NCBI GenBank assembly: GCA_964458565.1
Contig: CAYWJO010000005.1
Span: forward strand, 20,375 to 84,374
DNA length: 64,000 nt
Direction of reading: 5' to 3'
From: an uncultured archaeon
GTDB lineage: Archaea; Asgardarchaeota; Thorarchaeia; Thorarchaeales; Thorarchaeaceae
Notes under the pieces: model-generated
Told to the model about the DNA's origin: nothing
Seen by the model: only the letters and a program-made list of their open reading frames with translations
The model's database searches: none
Shown here: piece by piece, positions 47,491-57,171 of the stretch
Layout of the letters: every line of letters starts with the position of its first letter
Position numbering within the stretch: the first letter of the stretch is position 1
Made by a program: the position numbers and the translations under genes

Positions 47491-49158
47491 CTATGCAATC
47501 GACGATGACTGAGGTGTAAAATACATTTCAGACTCTTCATTAGCTAACTCTTTCCGAATCTCCAATAATATCTCATTATATCGCTCCATGGGATATGCAA
47601 TACTACATTCTTTAATACGGGATTGATATGCACCATCAGTCGCCCAATCATTACACGTATTCTCAATACCATTCTTATCGAAGATTTTATTCAATCCGAA
47701 AAATGTTGTTATACCATTCTCAGAGCTTCTACGGATTTCAGAAATTTCTGTTACTCTACGATAGGATTTACCTGGTTCGGGTCTCTCCAAGACCACAATG
47801 ATATCCATCAAGGCAATACTTTGATCCTCGATATTATGACTCGCTTTCCATCGTGAAACTAGACTAGAGGCCGAACTACTATGGCATGTTTGCAAAGTTC
47901 TTATTCCTGCCCCAATTGCCTGAAAGAGAGCCTGACTATGCTCTGCGGTTTGAATCTCTCCTAGAATGAGATAATCGGGCGATTTATGGAGACTCTTTAC
48001 AATCTCTACACTTTTGTTGCTGGATGCATTTGTTTCATCAATAGGATCCACCCTAACTCTAACTTGATTATGATTAGGATTTAACCTACTTTCAAGAGCG
48101 TCTTCTATGTAGATTTTTCTCCATTCTTTAGGTGTTTGTAAATCAAGCGCATTCAACAGTGTTGTTTTTCCTGCGCCAGGCGGTCCTGTGATTGTAATAT
48201 TGAAACGCTGATAAAGTGCAAACAATAAAGCTGCTGCAATTTCCTCAGTTAGAGTTCCATTTCTAATAAGGTCATAAAGTGTGAAGGGTCGAGTCTTAGC
48301 TCTTCTTATTTCCATATGAAAACCATCTGCAGCGAGCGGTGGAAGACTCACAGCAATCCGAAGAGAAACCCCTAACAGTCTTACATCCGTCTTCAGAGAA
48401 GGATTTTTTCGATCAAGATGTAGATTGCTTTCTGCACGTAATAGTGTAATAAGTCGAGTTATATCATATCCTCCCAACTTCACATTCGTTTTGCATCTTC
48501 CATATTTCTGATGATCAAAATACACTTTACCATCAGGTTTGTCTAAATACAACTCTTCAATTCTCTCATCAAGTAACATTGGAATGAGTTGGTATAATAC
48601 TGACGTCTTGTGCGATGCTATTTCTACAATTCTTCTCCTATAAAAAGAGGATATCTCCGGTAAATCTTGGAGAAGATACTCATCTAATATTCTCGCTATC
48701 TCCTCCAAACGATAATCTATTCCACGTCTCTTTTTCATCAGATTCCCTGTAATTTTCTGCATGTCATCCATTAGAGATTCCAAGAGACCGTATTCAAGTG
48801 AAGTATGAATATTCGGTATTGCTATGTATGTGAGAGTGTTTTCTTCTGAAAAATAAAAGAAAGCAATATACGGTCCAATACAATATGCATCTTCAATTGC
48901 ATTGATATTTCCAAAAATATCAGTTTCTGAACCTATATAGATGGTTTTCCAAATACGAGAATCTAATACCTGAGTATCATTATCAATAATACCCCTAAGA
49001 TGTAGTTGTTTACTTTCCTTATCAAGGAGAATAACCCTATGACCGCACTCGTCATTTTTTCTTAAAATCTGACATGTTGCATATGGTCGTGAAATCGAAT
49101 TACAGGATTCACATTTTGGTGAAGGGCATTGCACGAATGTAACAGTACGCTCGCTCAT
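47491..49158 (-). CDS. Type II/IV secretion ATPase (VirB11/TadA/CpaF family)
   Basis: GPPGAGKTT, IEDALE, PDYLILGEI and TCH. Confidence 0.9.
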   Translation of the reverse strand: MSERTVTFVQCPSPKCESCNSISRPYATCQILRKNDECGHRVILLDKESKQLHLRGIIDNDTQVLDSRIWKTIYIGSETDIFGNINAIEDAYCIGPYIAFFYFSEENTLTYIAIPNIHTSLEYGLLESLMDDMQKITGNLMKKRRGIDYRLEEIARILDEYLLQDLPEISSFYRRRIVEIASHKTSVLYQLIPMLLDERIEELYLDKPDGKVYFDHQKYGRCKTNVKLGGYDITRLITLLRAESNLHLDRKNPSLKTDVRLLGVSLRIAVSLPPLAADGFHMEIRRAKTRPFTLYDLIRNGTLTEEIAAALLFALYQRFNITITGPPGAGKTTLLNALDLQTPKEWRKIYIEDALESRLNPNHNQVRVRVDPIDETNASSNKSVEIVKSLHKSPDYLILGEIQTAEHSQALFQAIGAGIRTLQTCHSSSASSLVSRWKASHNIEDQSIALMDIIVVLERPEPGKSYRRVTEISEIRRSSENGITTFFGLNKIFDKNGIENTCNDWATDGAYQSRIKECSIAYPMERYNEILLEIRKELANEESEMYFTPQSSSIA

Positions 49159-49257
49159 ATTGGTCTACACAACCTCAGATGAAGAGTAATCGGGAAGCAT
49201 CCTCATCGACCTAAATCATCTATGAATTCATATACAATGGATTTAAGCACCTGTTCT

Positions 49258-50265
49258 CTAAGCTACAATAGCTGCCTTCTTTTGTATCATCTTGATAATT
49301 TTCTTCATCATTCCATAATGGTCTCTGATACTATACTCTGCTACATCTGTTGCATCCGAAGCAAGTTTCTGGGTTAGTACAGCTCGTTTTTCGTAATCTT
49401 CTGCAATAAGTCTATCACTTGCATATGCAGCAGATACAGTAAATATGAATGGATTTCTCCCACCCCGTTTTGACGTAGGTATCATATCTAGGACCTCAAG
49501 CATCTTTTCTCTTAGACAATTTTCATAATCCTTTGTATCCCATCTTCTAGCTTGAACTTTTTTCAAGACTCTACTGTTATTCATTAGCATTGAGAGGACT
49601 CTTGGTACATAATCATCTGGTTTCCGAATATTGGGGGAATACCCTGTGATGGATTTTAATCGAAGCGTTTCTCTGACTATCGATCGTACATTCACACGGT
49701 GTCCGCATTTTTCGAAAACATCAGCTATTTCGTCCAGTGTAATAGGGGCATCTTCTTTGAACTCCCTGACCGCCATCAATAAACAGACAGCCATTAGAAG
49801 TATATTATTTGTCACATTTGTTTTTGAATCGGAAGTTATTTTCTTGTACAGATATGCTGTGCGATCTCGTACCTGTTCATTCAGCATTAGAAGCTTTGAA
49901 ACATGATTCAGTGTTCTCAAAGCCCGATACTGTGCTTCATTATCCCCAATTCTGATACGTGTACTATAAACTGATTTTAGTCGCATAAACCGCTTTTGCA
50001 TTACTGCAGAAAGTATCTGTCCTCCGGCATCTCTGAAATACCTATCTTTATGATATCCAATGTAGCTACCTAGTCCATCTACAATATGCATTCTATTACC
50101 CAACGACACATACATACTTGCATCAGGACTATCAGCTCTCTGTTCCTCACCCATTTGATAAGTAGAATGTACGTACTCTCTTTCTATTACAAGACCACAG
50201 TCAGTACATACTATGTGACCTCGGCTTCTTATTAGCGAACCCGAACAATCAGGACAGGATTCCAT
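49258..50265 (-). CDS. tfb: Transcription initiation factor IIB family protein (divergent TFB paralog)
   Basis: CPDC...VCTDCGLV Zn ribbon, two cyclin repeats, GRNP and LTQK.....V.EYSIR. Confidence 0.8.
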   Translation of the reverse strand: MESCPDCSGSLIRSRGHIVCTDCGLVIEREYVHSTYQMGEEQRADSPDASMYVSLGNRMHIVDGLGSYIGYHKDRYFRDAGGQILSAVMQKRFMRLKSVYSTRIRIGDNEAQYRALRTLNHVSKLLMLNEQVRDRTAYLYKKITSDSKTNVTNNILLMAVCLLMAVREFKEDAPITLDEIADVFEKCGHRVNVRSIVRETLRLKSITGYSPNIRKPDDYVPRVLSMLMNNSRVLKKVQARRWDTKDYENCLREKMLEVLDMIPTSKRGGRNPFIFTVSAAYASDRLIAEDYEKRAVLTQKLASDATDVAEYSIRDHYGMMKKIIKMIQKKAAIVA

Positions 50266-50476
50266 GAAACCTTTGTCTGACCTATTGGTTTCTTCATGTA
50301 TCAAATACCACACCCAAATCAGAAAGTACAATCATACATAACACCCTTTCAGGCCATCAAAGTCTATTCCATCACGGTTCAAATCTGTACCATCGAATAC
50401 CCGCTACCTTTCAAGAGGTGTTTGAAATCTCACAGAGAAAGAGAGATATCCGAAACTAATCGGCTGCATCAACTTG

Positions 50477-50842
50477 TTATGTTAATGTGAGGAAAATTGT
50501 TTCCATATCAAAGGTCTTCTTCTTTGCAGGTGTTATTTGCTTCAATGTTACTACGAGACGAAGTCCTCCCATCGTAGCAACAGCTTCGAATTCCTTTTCA
50601 TCACTCTTTTTGAATACCTTTCCTTCCATATATAGCAGAGCTTTCTCTCCACCCACAATCGGTTTAGAATCAATAACAAGATCCAATGTACGTTTTCCTT
50701 CTATTTTGGTACATAGCGCTTCTGGAACTTCAAGTGTAAGTATCAATCCTTCTGGTTTTGAATTAATCTTTATAACTCTCAATCTCTTGGTTTCTGTATC
50801 TTCGATAGACTCGATTTTTGCGCCCTTGATTCTTATAGCCAT
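50477..50842 (-). CDS. RNA polymerase subunit Rpo8 (RpoG/Rpb8)
   Basis: OB-fold pattern with YMEGKVFK and MGGL motifs. Confidence 0.7.
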   Translation of the reverse strand: MAIRIKGAKIESIEDTETKRLRVIKINSKPEGLILTLEVPEALCTKIEGKRTLDLVIDSKPIVGGEKALLYMEGKVFKKSDEKEFEAVATMGGLRLVVTLKQITPAKKKTFDMETIFLTLT

Positions 50843-50910
50843 TGGATTTACCTCATTTCCTGTTGATGAACCAGCCTAAGGTGCAAATTTAACCCTGTCG
50901 TTATTTCCAT

Positions 50911-53625
50911 GTGTGGTTTTTTAGGCATCATACAGACCTGACTTCGGTGCCATATATGCAAAAATACAATCTGGGAGCTGTAAGTTTCTCTGCAATAATT
51001 GTTTTCTGTCTTGTTTCTCCTGTGTCTGCATATTATTTTGAATTCATTTCTTTTGAAACTGATCAACTTGTATACGAAGTAGGTGAAACAATTAACATGG
51101 TGGCTAGTCTTATTGCTGATTACAGTGAGAGTGGTTGGTGCTATGTGTCTTTTGCAGTTGTTTCCGATATCGGAACTGTTCATACTGATGGTTACTCTAT
51201 TCCAGCATCAACTAATCCGCAATTTCCAGTTTCATCATATTTGATAACACCAAGCGACACTAACCCAGGTATAAACGGTACACAAGCTTATGTTATGTTC
51301 AGTGCAGAAATATATGATACATTCTCAGAAGGCGGAAGTGATTCAATAGTCGTGAATATAACTCGTGGTCGTTTAGAAACTATTCCACTTGTATCTCTTG
51401 TTAAAACATATGGCCAGAATAGTTCATTCTCATTTAGAGTGCAAAGTATACATACCGATAATGTAGTTTACTCTAACGAAAATCTATCCATCGTTATACG
51501 CAACAATCAAGCTGACATAGTTTGTGAAATTAATACAACCACTGACATCAATGGAGAATTCGAATTCATCTGGGATACTTCTCTAGGACCACCCTCTACG
51601 TATAACATGAGCATATCAAGCATAGGCACAGAAGATTTCATACCTTTTACAGAATCGTTTTCGGTTATCATAGAACCTGCACAATCTAAACTAAGTGTTA
51701 TTTCTGCTCCAGAAGTTGTATATTGCCAATCTCCTGATGGTGTACTATATGAGTATGCCGAGATCACAATTGAACATCTTGATTATCAGAACATCCCTTT
51801 GACTAATAGCACTGTAGCATGGACTTTTGAGTCCACTTCTGGTATCATGAATCATATTGGTTCTGGATATTACAACGCTTTCGTTCCTATTCATTCGAAT
51901 CCTGGAACCTTCTTTGTAAACTTCTCAGCCACAAATTCCGTATGTCAATCATCCTACAATTATACAACCATCGAAGTGATTCGTAGAACTCTCAACTTGA
52001 ATTATAATACCCCTATCCTCGGAGTTGCGAATACATCATTCACCATTTCTATTATGGTGATTGATGAAATTGAAAGTATAGGTGTACCATTTCTTCAATC
52101 CAATTTCACGATTACTGTTAGCCAGACAATAATAGCAAACTTCCTAACATCATCGGACGCATCAGGACTACTAGAATATACAATAAAACTTCCATCAGAT
52201 GCATGGGGCCCTAGTCATATCGAAATTAATATCCTCGAAACAATAAACTACAATTCTATTTCTGAAATATATAATCTATCAGTCAACTTCACCCCAACAA
52301 TTTCTGCCATCATTGTAAATAATGCAATACTTGGATACAATTCCTGTTTTAACATAAACATCACAGATTTCTATTCTCAGGGGTTAGACAATATATCTGT
52401 AGAATTTAGGACACCAGATAACGAAATTATAGCAACCAATACTAGTGATTCACAAGGAATCTGTACATTACAATGGGTCCCATCTACTTCTTTTCTTGCT
52501 GGAGTACATAACTTCAAGCTATCTGTGCGAGGAAACCCCCTTGATTTCATTAATGACACTTCAATAACACTACCCGTGGTATTATTCTATCCTATTCATC
52601 TAATTGATTTTACAACGACTAGTGCTACAACAAGAGGATCCAGACTTGAATTGAATTTATCGATAATATCCGAGTTTACAGATAATCATTCCATCAGTTT
52701 CAGTCTGCATGATAATCTTGGTGACATTTATGAGAACATTACATTAGCTGTAAATAGACACTCCCTAGTTCCCATTGATATAGACCATGATTTTGGATTA
52801 GGAGTTCATCAATTATATCTAATTGTTAAGAATCAATACTATAGTTTCATTGGTATAACAGAAATCGAGATTTCTATCCTAGGTATCATAACTGTAAATG
52901 CAACCTTTAATTCTGCATTTTATAGTGAAGGTATAGTTTTGAGTCTTCAACTAACAGATGATAATATGTCAGATATTGATTACATATCAATCTCAGTTTT
53001 CTTTGATGATGAAACAACGTCATCCTCCTCATCAAATAATATGAGTCTCAGTACCTTGGTCAGTATTCCACTTCCCACAGATATCAATCCCGGACCACAT
53101 ACTGCTACTATACTCTTTTCTCACTCATTTTTTGAAACATCAAATATTACAATTGCATTTACTGTGTTAGTTCGAACAAGTATCACAATATCAATATCAA
53201 CTGTATCTTCAAATACATCAGAAAGCTATCAACAGTCTATTCAAGATCTACCAATTGCCTCAAGCATATCATCCGGTTCAATCATCAATCCGCCTCCAAT
53301 TTTATTAAGCGGAACAATCTCTACACCGCTATTGATCGAACGAGCAACTTCCCTTGATAACTGTCCCAAATTCAATTCAGGGATTAGTAATCTATCAACA
53401 GTTTCCGAAAACAATCTTACTTCATCATCTGGAAATGGCCAGATTGTTCGTAGTCGTAATGACCTAACAGAAGACTTACCAGATTCAACAAAATCCTCCA
53501 CCGATCTTGATGTTGAACCGAATGATATAATGCCCCACTCAGCTCTCTTAGGTCCAGTAATAACAACATCTTTGAGAAAATCCGAATTCTTACGTATTTT
53601 TTCAACAATCCTTCGGATGAGCTGA
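50911..53625 (+). CDS. Large secreted Ig-like repeat cell-surface protein
   Basis: Signal peptide (start probably 50956), TDING/SDASG/SDSQG repeat units, many sequons; the 3' end overlaps korA antisense. Confidence 0.75.
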   Translation: MWFFRHHTDLTSVPYMQKYNLGAVSFSAIIVFCLVSPVSAYYFEFISFETDQLVYEVGETINMVASLIADYSESGWCYVSFAVVSDIGTVHTDGYSIPASTNPQFPVSSYLITPSDTNPGINGTQAYVMFSAEIYDTFSEGGSDSIVVNITRGRLETIPLVSLVKTYGQNSSFSFRVQSIHTDNVVYSNENLSIVIRNNQADIVCEINTTTDINGEFEFIWDTSLGPPSTYNMSISSIGTEDFIPFTESFSVIIEPAQSKLSVISAPEVVYCQSPDGVLYEYAEITIEHLDYQNIPLTNSTVAWTFESTSGIMNHIGSGYYNAFVPIHSNPGTFFVNFSATNSVCQSSYNYTTIEVIRRTLNLNYNTPILGVANTSFTISIMVIDEIESIGVPFLQSNFTITVSQTIIANFLTSSDASGLLEYTIKLPSDAWGPSHIEINILETINYNSISEIYNLSVNFTPTISAIIVNNAILGYNSCFNINITDFYSQGLDNISVEFRTPDNEIIATNTSDSQGICTLQWVPSTSFLAGVHNFKLSVRGNPLDFINDTSITLPVVLFYPIHLIDFTTTSATTRGSRLELNLSIISEFTDNHSISFSLHDNLGDIYENITLAVNRHSLVPIDIDHDFGLGVHQLYLIVKNQYYSFIGITEIEISILGIITVNATFNSAFYSEGIVLSLQLTDDNMSDIDYISISVFFDDETTSSSSSNNMSLSTLVSIPLPTDINPGPHTATILFSHSFFETSNITIAFTVLVRTSITISISTVSSNTSESYQQSIQDLPIASSISSGSIINPPPILLSGTISTPLLIERATSLDNCPKFNSGISNLSTVSENNLTSSSGNGQIVRSRNDLTEDLPDSTKSSTDLDVEPNDIMPHSALLGPVITTSLRKSEFLRIFSTILRMS

Positions 53626-54368
53626 TTATGAGTATCTGCATCAGAGGTTTTGCGAAAACCTCTATTATCATGTGTTGAACCAGTTACAAGAAGATTGTGA
53701 CCATCTCCGAATCTTGGCATTATCGCTCTTCCAGACGAATCATAACCTCCGATAGGCGGGTCGTTCTTTACAGCATAGCGTCTCTCTATTCTTCGTTTCA
53801 TACTTCTGCCTATGATGACTTTCTCTCGAGAATGTGCAACGATTTCATCCGTCAACAGAATGACAGGATGACGTAATCGTTCTGATAACTCGAAAGCCTT
53901 CATGGTCAATTCATAGGTTTCTTGTGAAGAATTAGGTGAAAGAACTACACTTTCATAGTCTCCATGCGACCCCCATCTTGATTGCATAAAGTCGCCTTGG
54001 CCCACTTTCGTTGCCTGTCCCGTACTAGGTCCCGCTCTCTGAACATCCACAATCACACAAGGGGTTTCTGTCATAATAGCATACCCAATATTCTCCTGCA
54101 TAAGACTGAATCCTGGACCTGATGTAGCTGTCATTGACATCTTCCCTCCCCATGAGCTTCCTATTACTGCAGCAATTGCTCCAATTTCATCCTCCATCTG
54201 AAGATAAGTACCTCCGATGGTTGGGAGTCTAGAAGCCATGACCTCAGCGATTTCAGATGCTGGAGTAATTGGATAACCTGCAAAAAATTCACAACCAGCT
54301 GCAATCGCACCTTCAGCACATGATTCGTTTCCTTGCCAGAAATTCAATGTGGTATCTTTAGCATGCAT
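53241..54368 (-). CDS. korA: 2-oxoacid:ferredoxin oxidoreductase alpha subunit
   Basis: GYPITPASE, QMEDEI, TATSGPGFSLMQE and QRAGPSTG. Confidence 0.92.
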   Translation of the reverse strand: MHAKDTTLNFWQGNESCAEGAIAAGCEFFAGYPITPASEIAEVMASRLPTIGGTYLQMEDEIGAIAAVIGSSWGGKMSMTATSGPGFSLMQENIGYAIMTETPCVIVDVQRAGPSTGQATKVGQGDFMQSRWGSHGDYESVVLSPNSSQETYELTMKAFELSERLRHPVILLTDEIVAHSREKVIIGRSMKRRIERRYAVKNDPPIGGYDSSGRAIMPRFGDGHNLLVTGSTHDNRGFRKTSDADTHNQLIRRIVEKIRKNSDFLKDVVITGPKRAEWGIISFGSTSRSVEDFVESGKSSVRSLRLRTIWPFPDDEVRLFSETVDRLLIPELNLGQLSREVARSINSGVEIVPLNKIGGGLMIEPDDMLEAIGRS

Positions 54369-54438
54369 TACAGTAAACCACAAGGAGTGTTCGGTATCGA
54401 ATCGAAGATAAGCCTATTCTTATTAACACAGAAGAGTA

Positions 54439-55953
54439 TCACTTATCCGCTTTTTTGATCGCTTCTGAAAGATTCATACTGATTCCTTCAGGTTCATATC
54501 TCCGTTCCCTTATCTTAACAAATGTAGGAAAAGATACGCACTCCCCAACGAAAAGTGCCTCACCTACCTCTAAGGTAGTGATAGAGTCTAATGCTGACCG
54601 ATCAATTCCTTCACTACTTTTACCAATATGTTCTAAGTCATATGGATTTGTAGCTCTTAGAATTACCTGATTACTACATTGACTAAGAATAGTTGTTGAA
54701 AGTTTTACAGGTCTTTGTGATACCAGACAAAGCAAAGCAAAGAATTTGCGTCCTTCTCTCGCAATTGTTTCTAGTCGTGCTTTTGGTAATGCCAGTTCAT
54801 GTCTGCTTTCTGGGCAAAACTGGTGTGCTTCCTCAACTACCAGAAGATAGGGCGGTATCTTTCCTTGTCTTCTCAAAGTAAGAAGTTCATACGCCAAATT
54901 AGAAACAACTATCTGTTTCTTTTTTAGGCTTATGAAATCACTCAAATCAACAAGTGTCAACTTACCTGGTTTAACAGCTGTTGTAATATCTGGTACGCCT
55001 TCTTTGCCGAAAAGTCGAGTTTCATCTAAATCCACAAGCCATCCTATCAATGCATCACGTGTATTTTTACTAATGGACTCATCAAGACGAATATATTCAA
55101 CAAGTTCTCCTAGTGTATATCCATCTTTCTTTGATTTACGAATATCTGCGATAACTCTTCGTAAATCACGTTTTTGAACTGAACTCATACCTGATACAAG
55201 CGCACCAAGTGCATCGGCACCAAGTGCATGTACAGGTATCTGAAAGTGTGTACCTCTTATTCTCTCAATCTCAAATATATTATCACTCAAATTCAGATCT
55301 GACGGTTGCATTTTTTCCAAGTAGGAGTACTCACCATGCACATCGATTACTACAACAGCTAAGCGTCCCGTCTTTTTGGACCGTGATAGTATTTCTTCTA
55401 GAAGGACTGATACAAAATATGATTTTCCCGCTCCACTCATTGCAAGCACTGCTAGGTGTTTAGAAAGCAACCGATCCATTTTTGGTGTAAATATCATATT
55501 ATGATGTGCTATTTTTCCCAGATTCATACCCATTTCTATATCAAGTTTTAAGAAACCTGCTAATACATCTTCATCAACTGTTCGAACAACTGCACCAGGG
55601 GACACTGCAAAGAATGGTCGAATGGTGCCTGAATCGGACCATAAACCAAGTACCTGTGCTTTTGCCACAGTATATTGCCATCTATCTGTAGGGAAAATTG
55701 TCCTTAACGGTTCTCCCCTTGATTGGTATTCACGAACAGCTTCAGCATGCTGGTAGTATCGATTGGTTCCAACCAAGTCTTGCACTCTTGCAATAATCGT
55801 TCCCAAATCGTGATTAATACCTACAAATTCACCCCGACGAACTATTATCTCTTCGGAGTCGCCTTCTACAACAAATGAGAAACCACCTACATTTGGACCA
55901 TCATTTGTACATATTACAGTCCCCAGTCTCAGATGTAGCCTTTCTTCAGACAC
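54439..55953 (-). CDS. herA: HerA helicase/translocase
   Basis: HAS barrel, HLAVLAMSGAGKS, EEAHQF, REGRKF and SQRP; adjacent to nurA. Confidence 0.9.
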   Translation of the reverse strand: MSEERLHLRLGTVICTNDGPNVGGFSFVVEGDSEEIIVRRGEFVGINHDLGTIIARVQDLVGTNRYYQHAEAVREYQSRGEPLRTIFPTDRWQYTVAKAQVLGLWSDSGTIRPFFAVSPGAVVRTVDEDVLAGFLKLDIEMGMNLGKIAHHNMIFTPKMDRLLSKHLAVLAMSGAGKSYFVSVLLEEILSRSKKTGRLAVVVIDVHGEYSYLEKMQPSDLNLSDNIFEIERIRGTHFQIPVHALGADALGALVSGMSSVQKRDLRRVIADIRKSKKDGYTLGELVEYIRLDESISKNTRDALIGWLVDLDETRLFGKEGVPDITTAVKPGKLTLVDLSDFISLKKKQIVVSNLAYELLTLRRQGKIPPYLLVVEEAHQFCPESRHELALPKARLETIAREGRKFFALLCLVSQRPVKLSTTILSQCSNQVILRATNPYDLEHIGKSSEGIDRSALDSITTLEVGEALFVGECVSFPTFVKIRERRYEPEGISMNLSEAIKKADK

Positions 55954-55956
55954 TTC

Positions 55957-57141
55957 TTACCCTCCAAATGGATTCCTCGATCTTCTTTTTTCAAGTGTTA
56001 CATATGTCAATCCTGATAGTGCCATAAGTCTATCAATAATCATAGATGTTTCATTATTACTGATTCTTGCTCTTGCATCTGCCTCTAGTATAGGTGCAGG
56101 AATTCCATACTCCGGATGCTGCGTTGATAAAGGTAGTATTGCAGAGAGTGCTTTGTTTAGCTGGATAACTCCTCTATCCGGGTCAACTAATACTTCAACG
56201 CGTAAAGGCAAATCCTCACGTGCTGTTCTGATATATGTGACGAGAATTGAGGATGCCCATAAGGAAATGTCATCTGCTATAGAATTAGAATTCTGTGTTA
56301 TCTCAGTAGAGTATTTGAAAGCAAAGGTTCTTTCACCTTCATCCAGAAAGGTATCGAGTATATCACAGTCTCTTGAGATTTTGAGTAGCCATCTATAATC
56401 AACACCTTGAATTTTCTCAAAAATCTCTGGTTTTCTAAGAATGTGAGGAAGAATATCGCTCAAAATATTCACTATCTTAGTCGACCGACTATCCTTAACA
56501 ATACCGACCAGCAACAAATCTTTCTTCCTAGCTTTGTGGTATAGCTGTCGGTATAAGGCCATAACTTCTTGATACTTCTCATAAGCTAGAGTTCCCATTT
56601 GTGGCCTATCTCTTGGATGATGATATAGACTACCATCAATGAGGATAAGGTCTACATGAAACTCCTCAAGTATGGCCAAAGTAACTTTCAATTCTTCTGA
56701 TAAACGTTCAAGAGATGCCAATTGATCAAGCTCAGAACCCTGAAGCGTCAACATTACCGGTCTCACTTTCGGTTCGGGAAATGGAGAGGGGTAGAATTCC
56801 ACGGATGGTCCCTTTTCTGGACCAAATTGGAACACAACTGCCACACCCCGTGTAAGAATCAAATCGATAGATCTGAATCTCCTTTTAATAAGTCCTCCAT
56901 CAACTCCTGCAATCTTTAAGCCCTTGAGATGAGTTGGTTCAATTCTTGTAACAAAAGAAGTATCCACAACATCAGCTGCCACAGCTGGAAATCGTTTCAA
57001 ATCTATTTCTTTCTTTATATCTTGTAAAACTTTCCCAAATTGCTTTCGAGTAGTTTCCACTCTCTCTATTTCTTGGACCAGTAAAGATAATTCTCGCTCC
57101 CAAGACTGCATACCAATCACATCAGAGTAGAATTCTGACAT
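55957..57141 (-). CDS. nurA: NurA nuclease
   Basis: GVDGG, LIDGSL, GIVKDS and YGIPAPILEAD..ARI. Confidence 0.9.
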   Translation of the reverse strand: MSEFYSDVIGMQSWERELSLLVQEIERVETTRKQFGKVLQDIKKEIDLKRFPAVAADVVDTSFVTRIEPTHLKGLKIAGVDGGLIKRRFRSIDLILTRGVAVVFQFGPEKGPSVEFYPSPFPEPKVRPVMLTLQGSELDQLASLERLSEELKVTLAILEEFHVDLILIDGSLYHHPRDRPQMGTLAYEKYQEVMALYRQLYHKARKKDLLLVGIVKDSRSTKIVNILSDILPHILRKPEIFEKIQGVDYRWLLKISRDCDILDTFLDEGERTFAFKYSTEITQNSNSIADDISLWASSILVTYIRTAREDLPLRVEVLVDPDRGVIQLNKALSAILPLSTQHPEYGIPAPILEADARARISNNETSMIIDRLMALSGLTYVTLEKRRSRNPFGG

Positions 57142-57171
57142 CTCTCTATTAAGTTAAACACTCCTCAAAAT

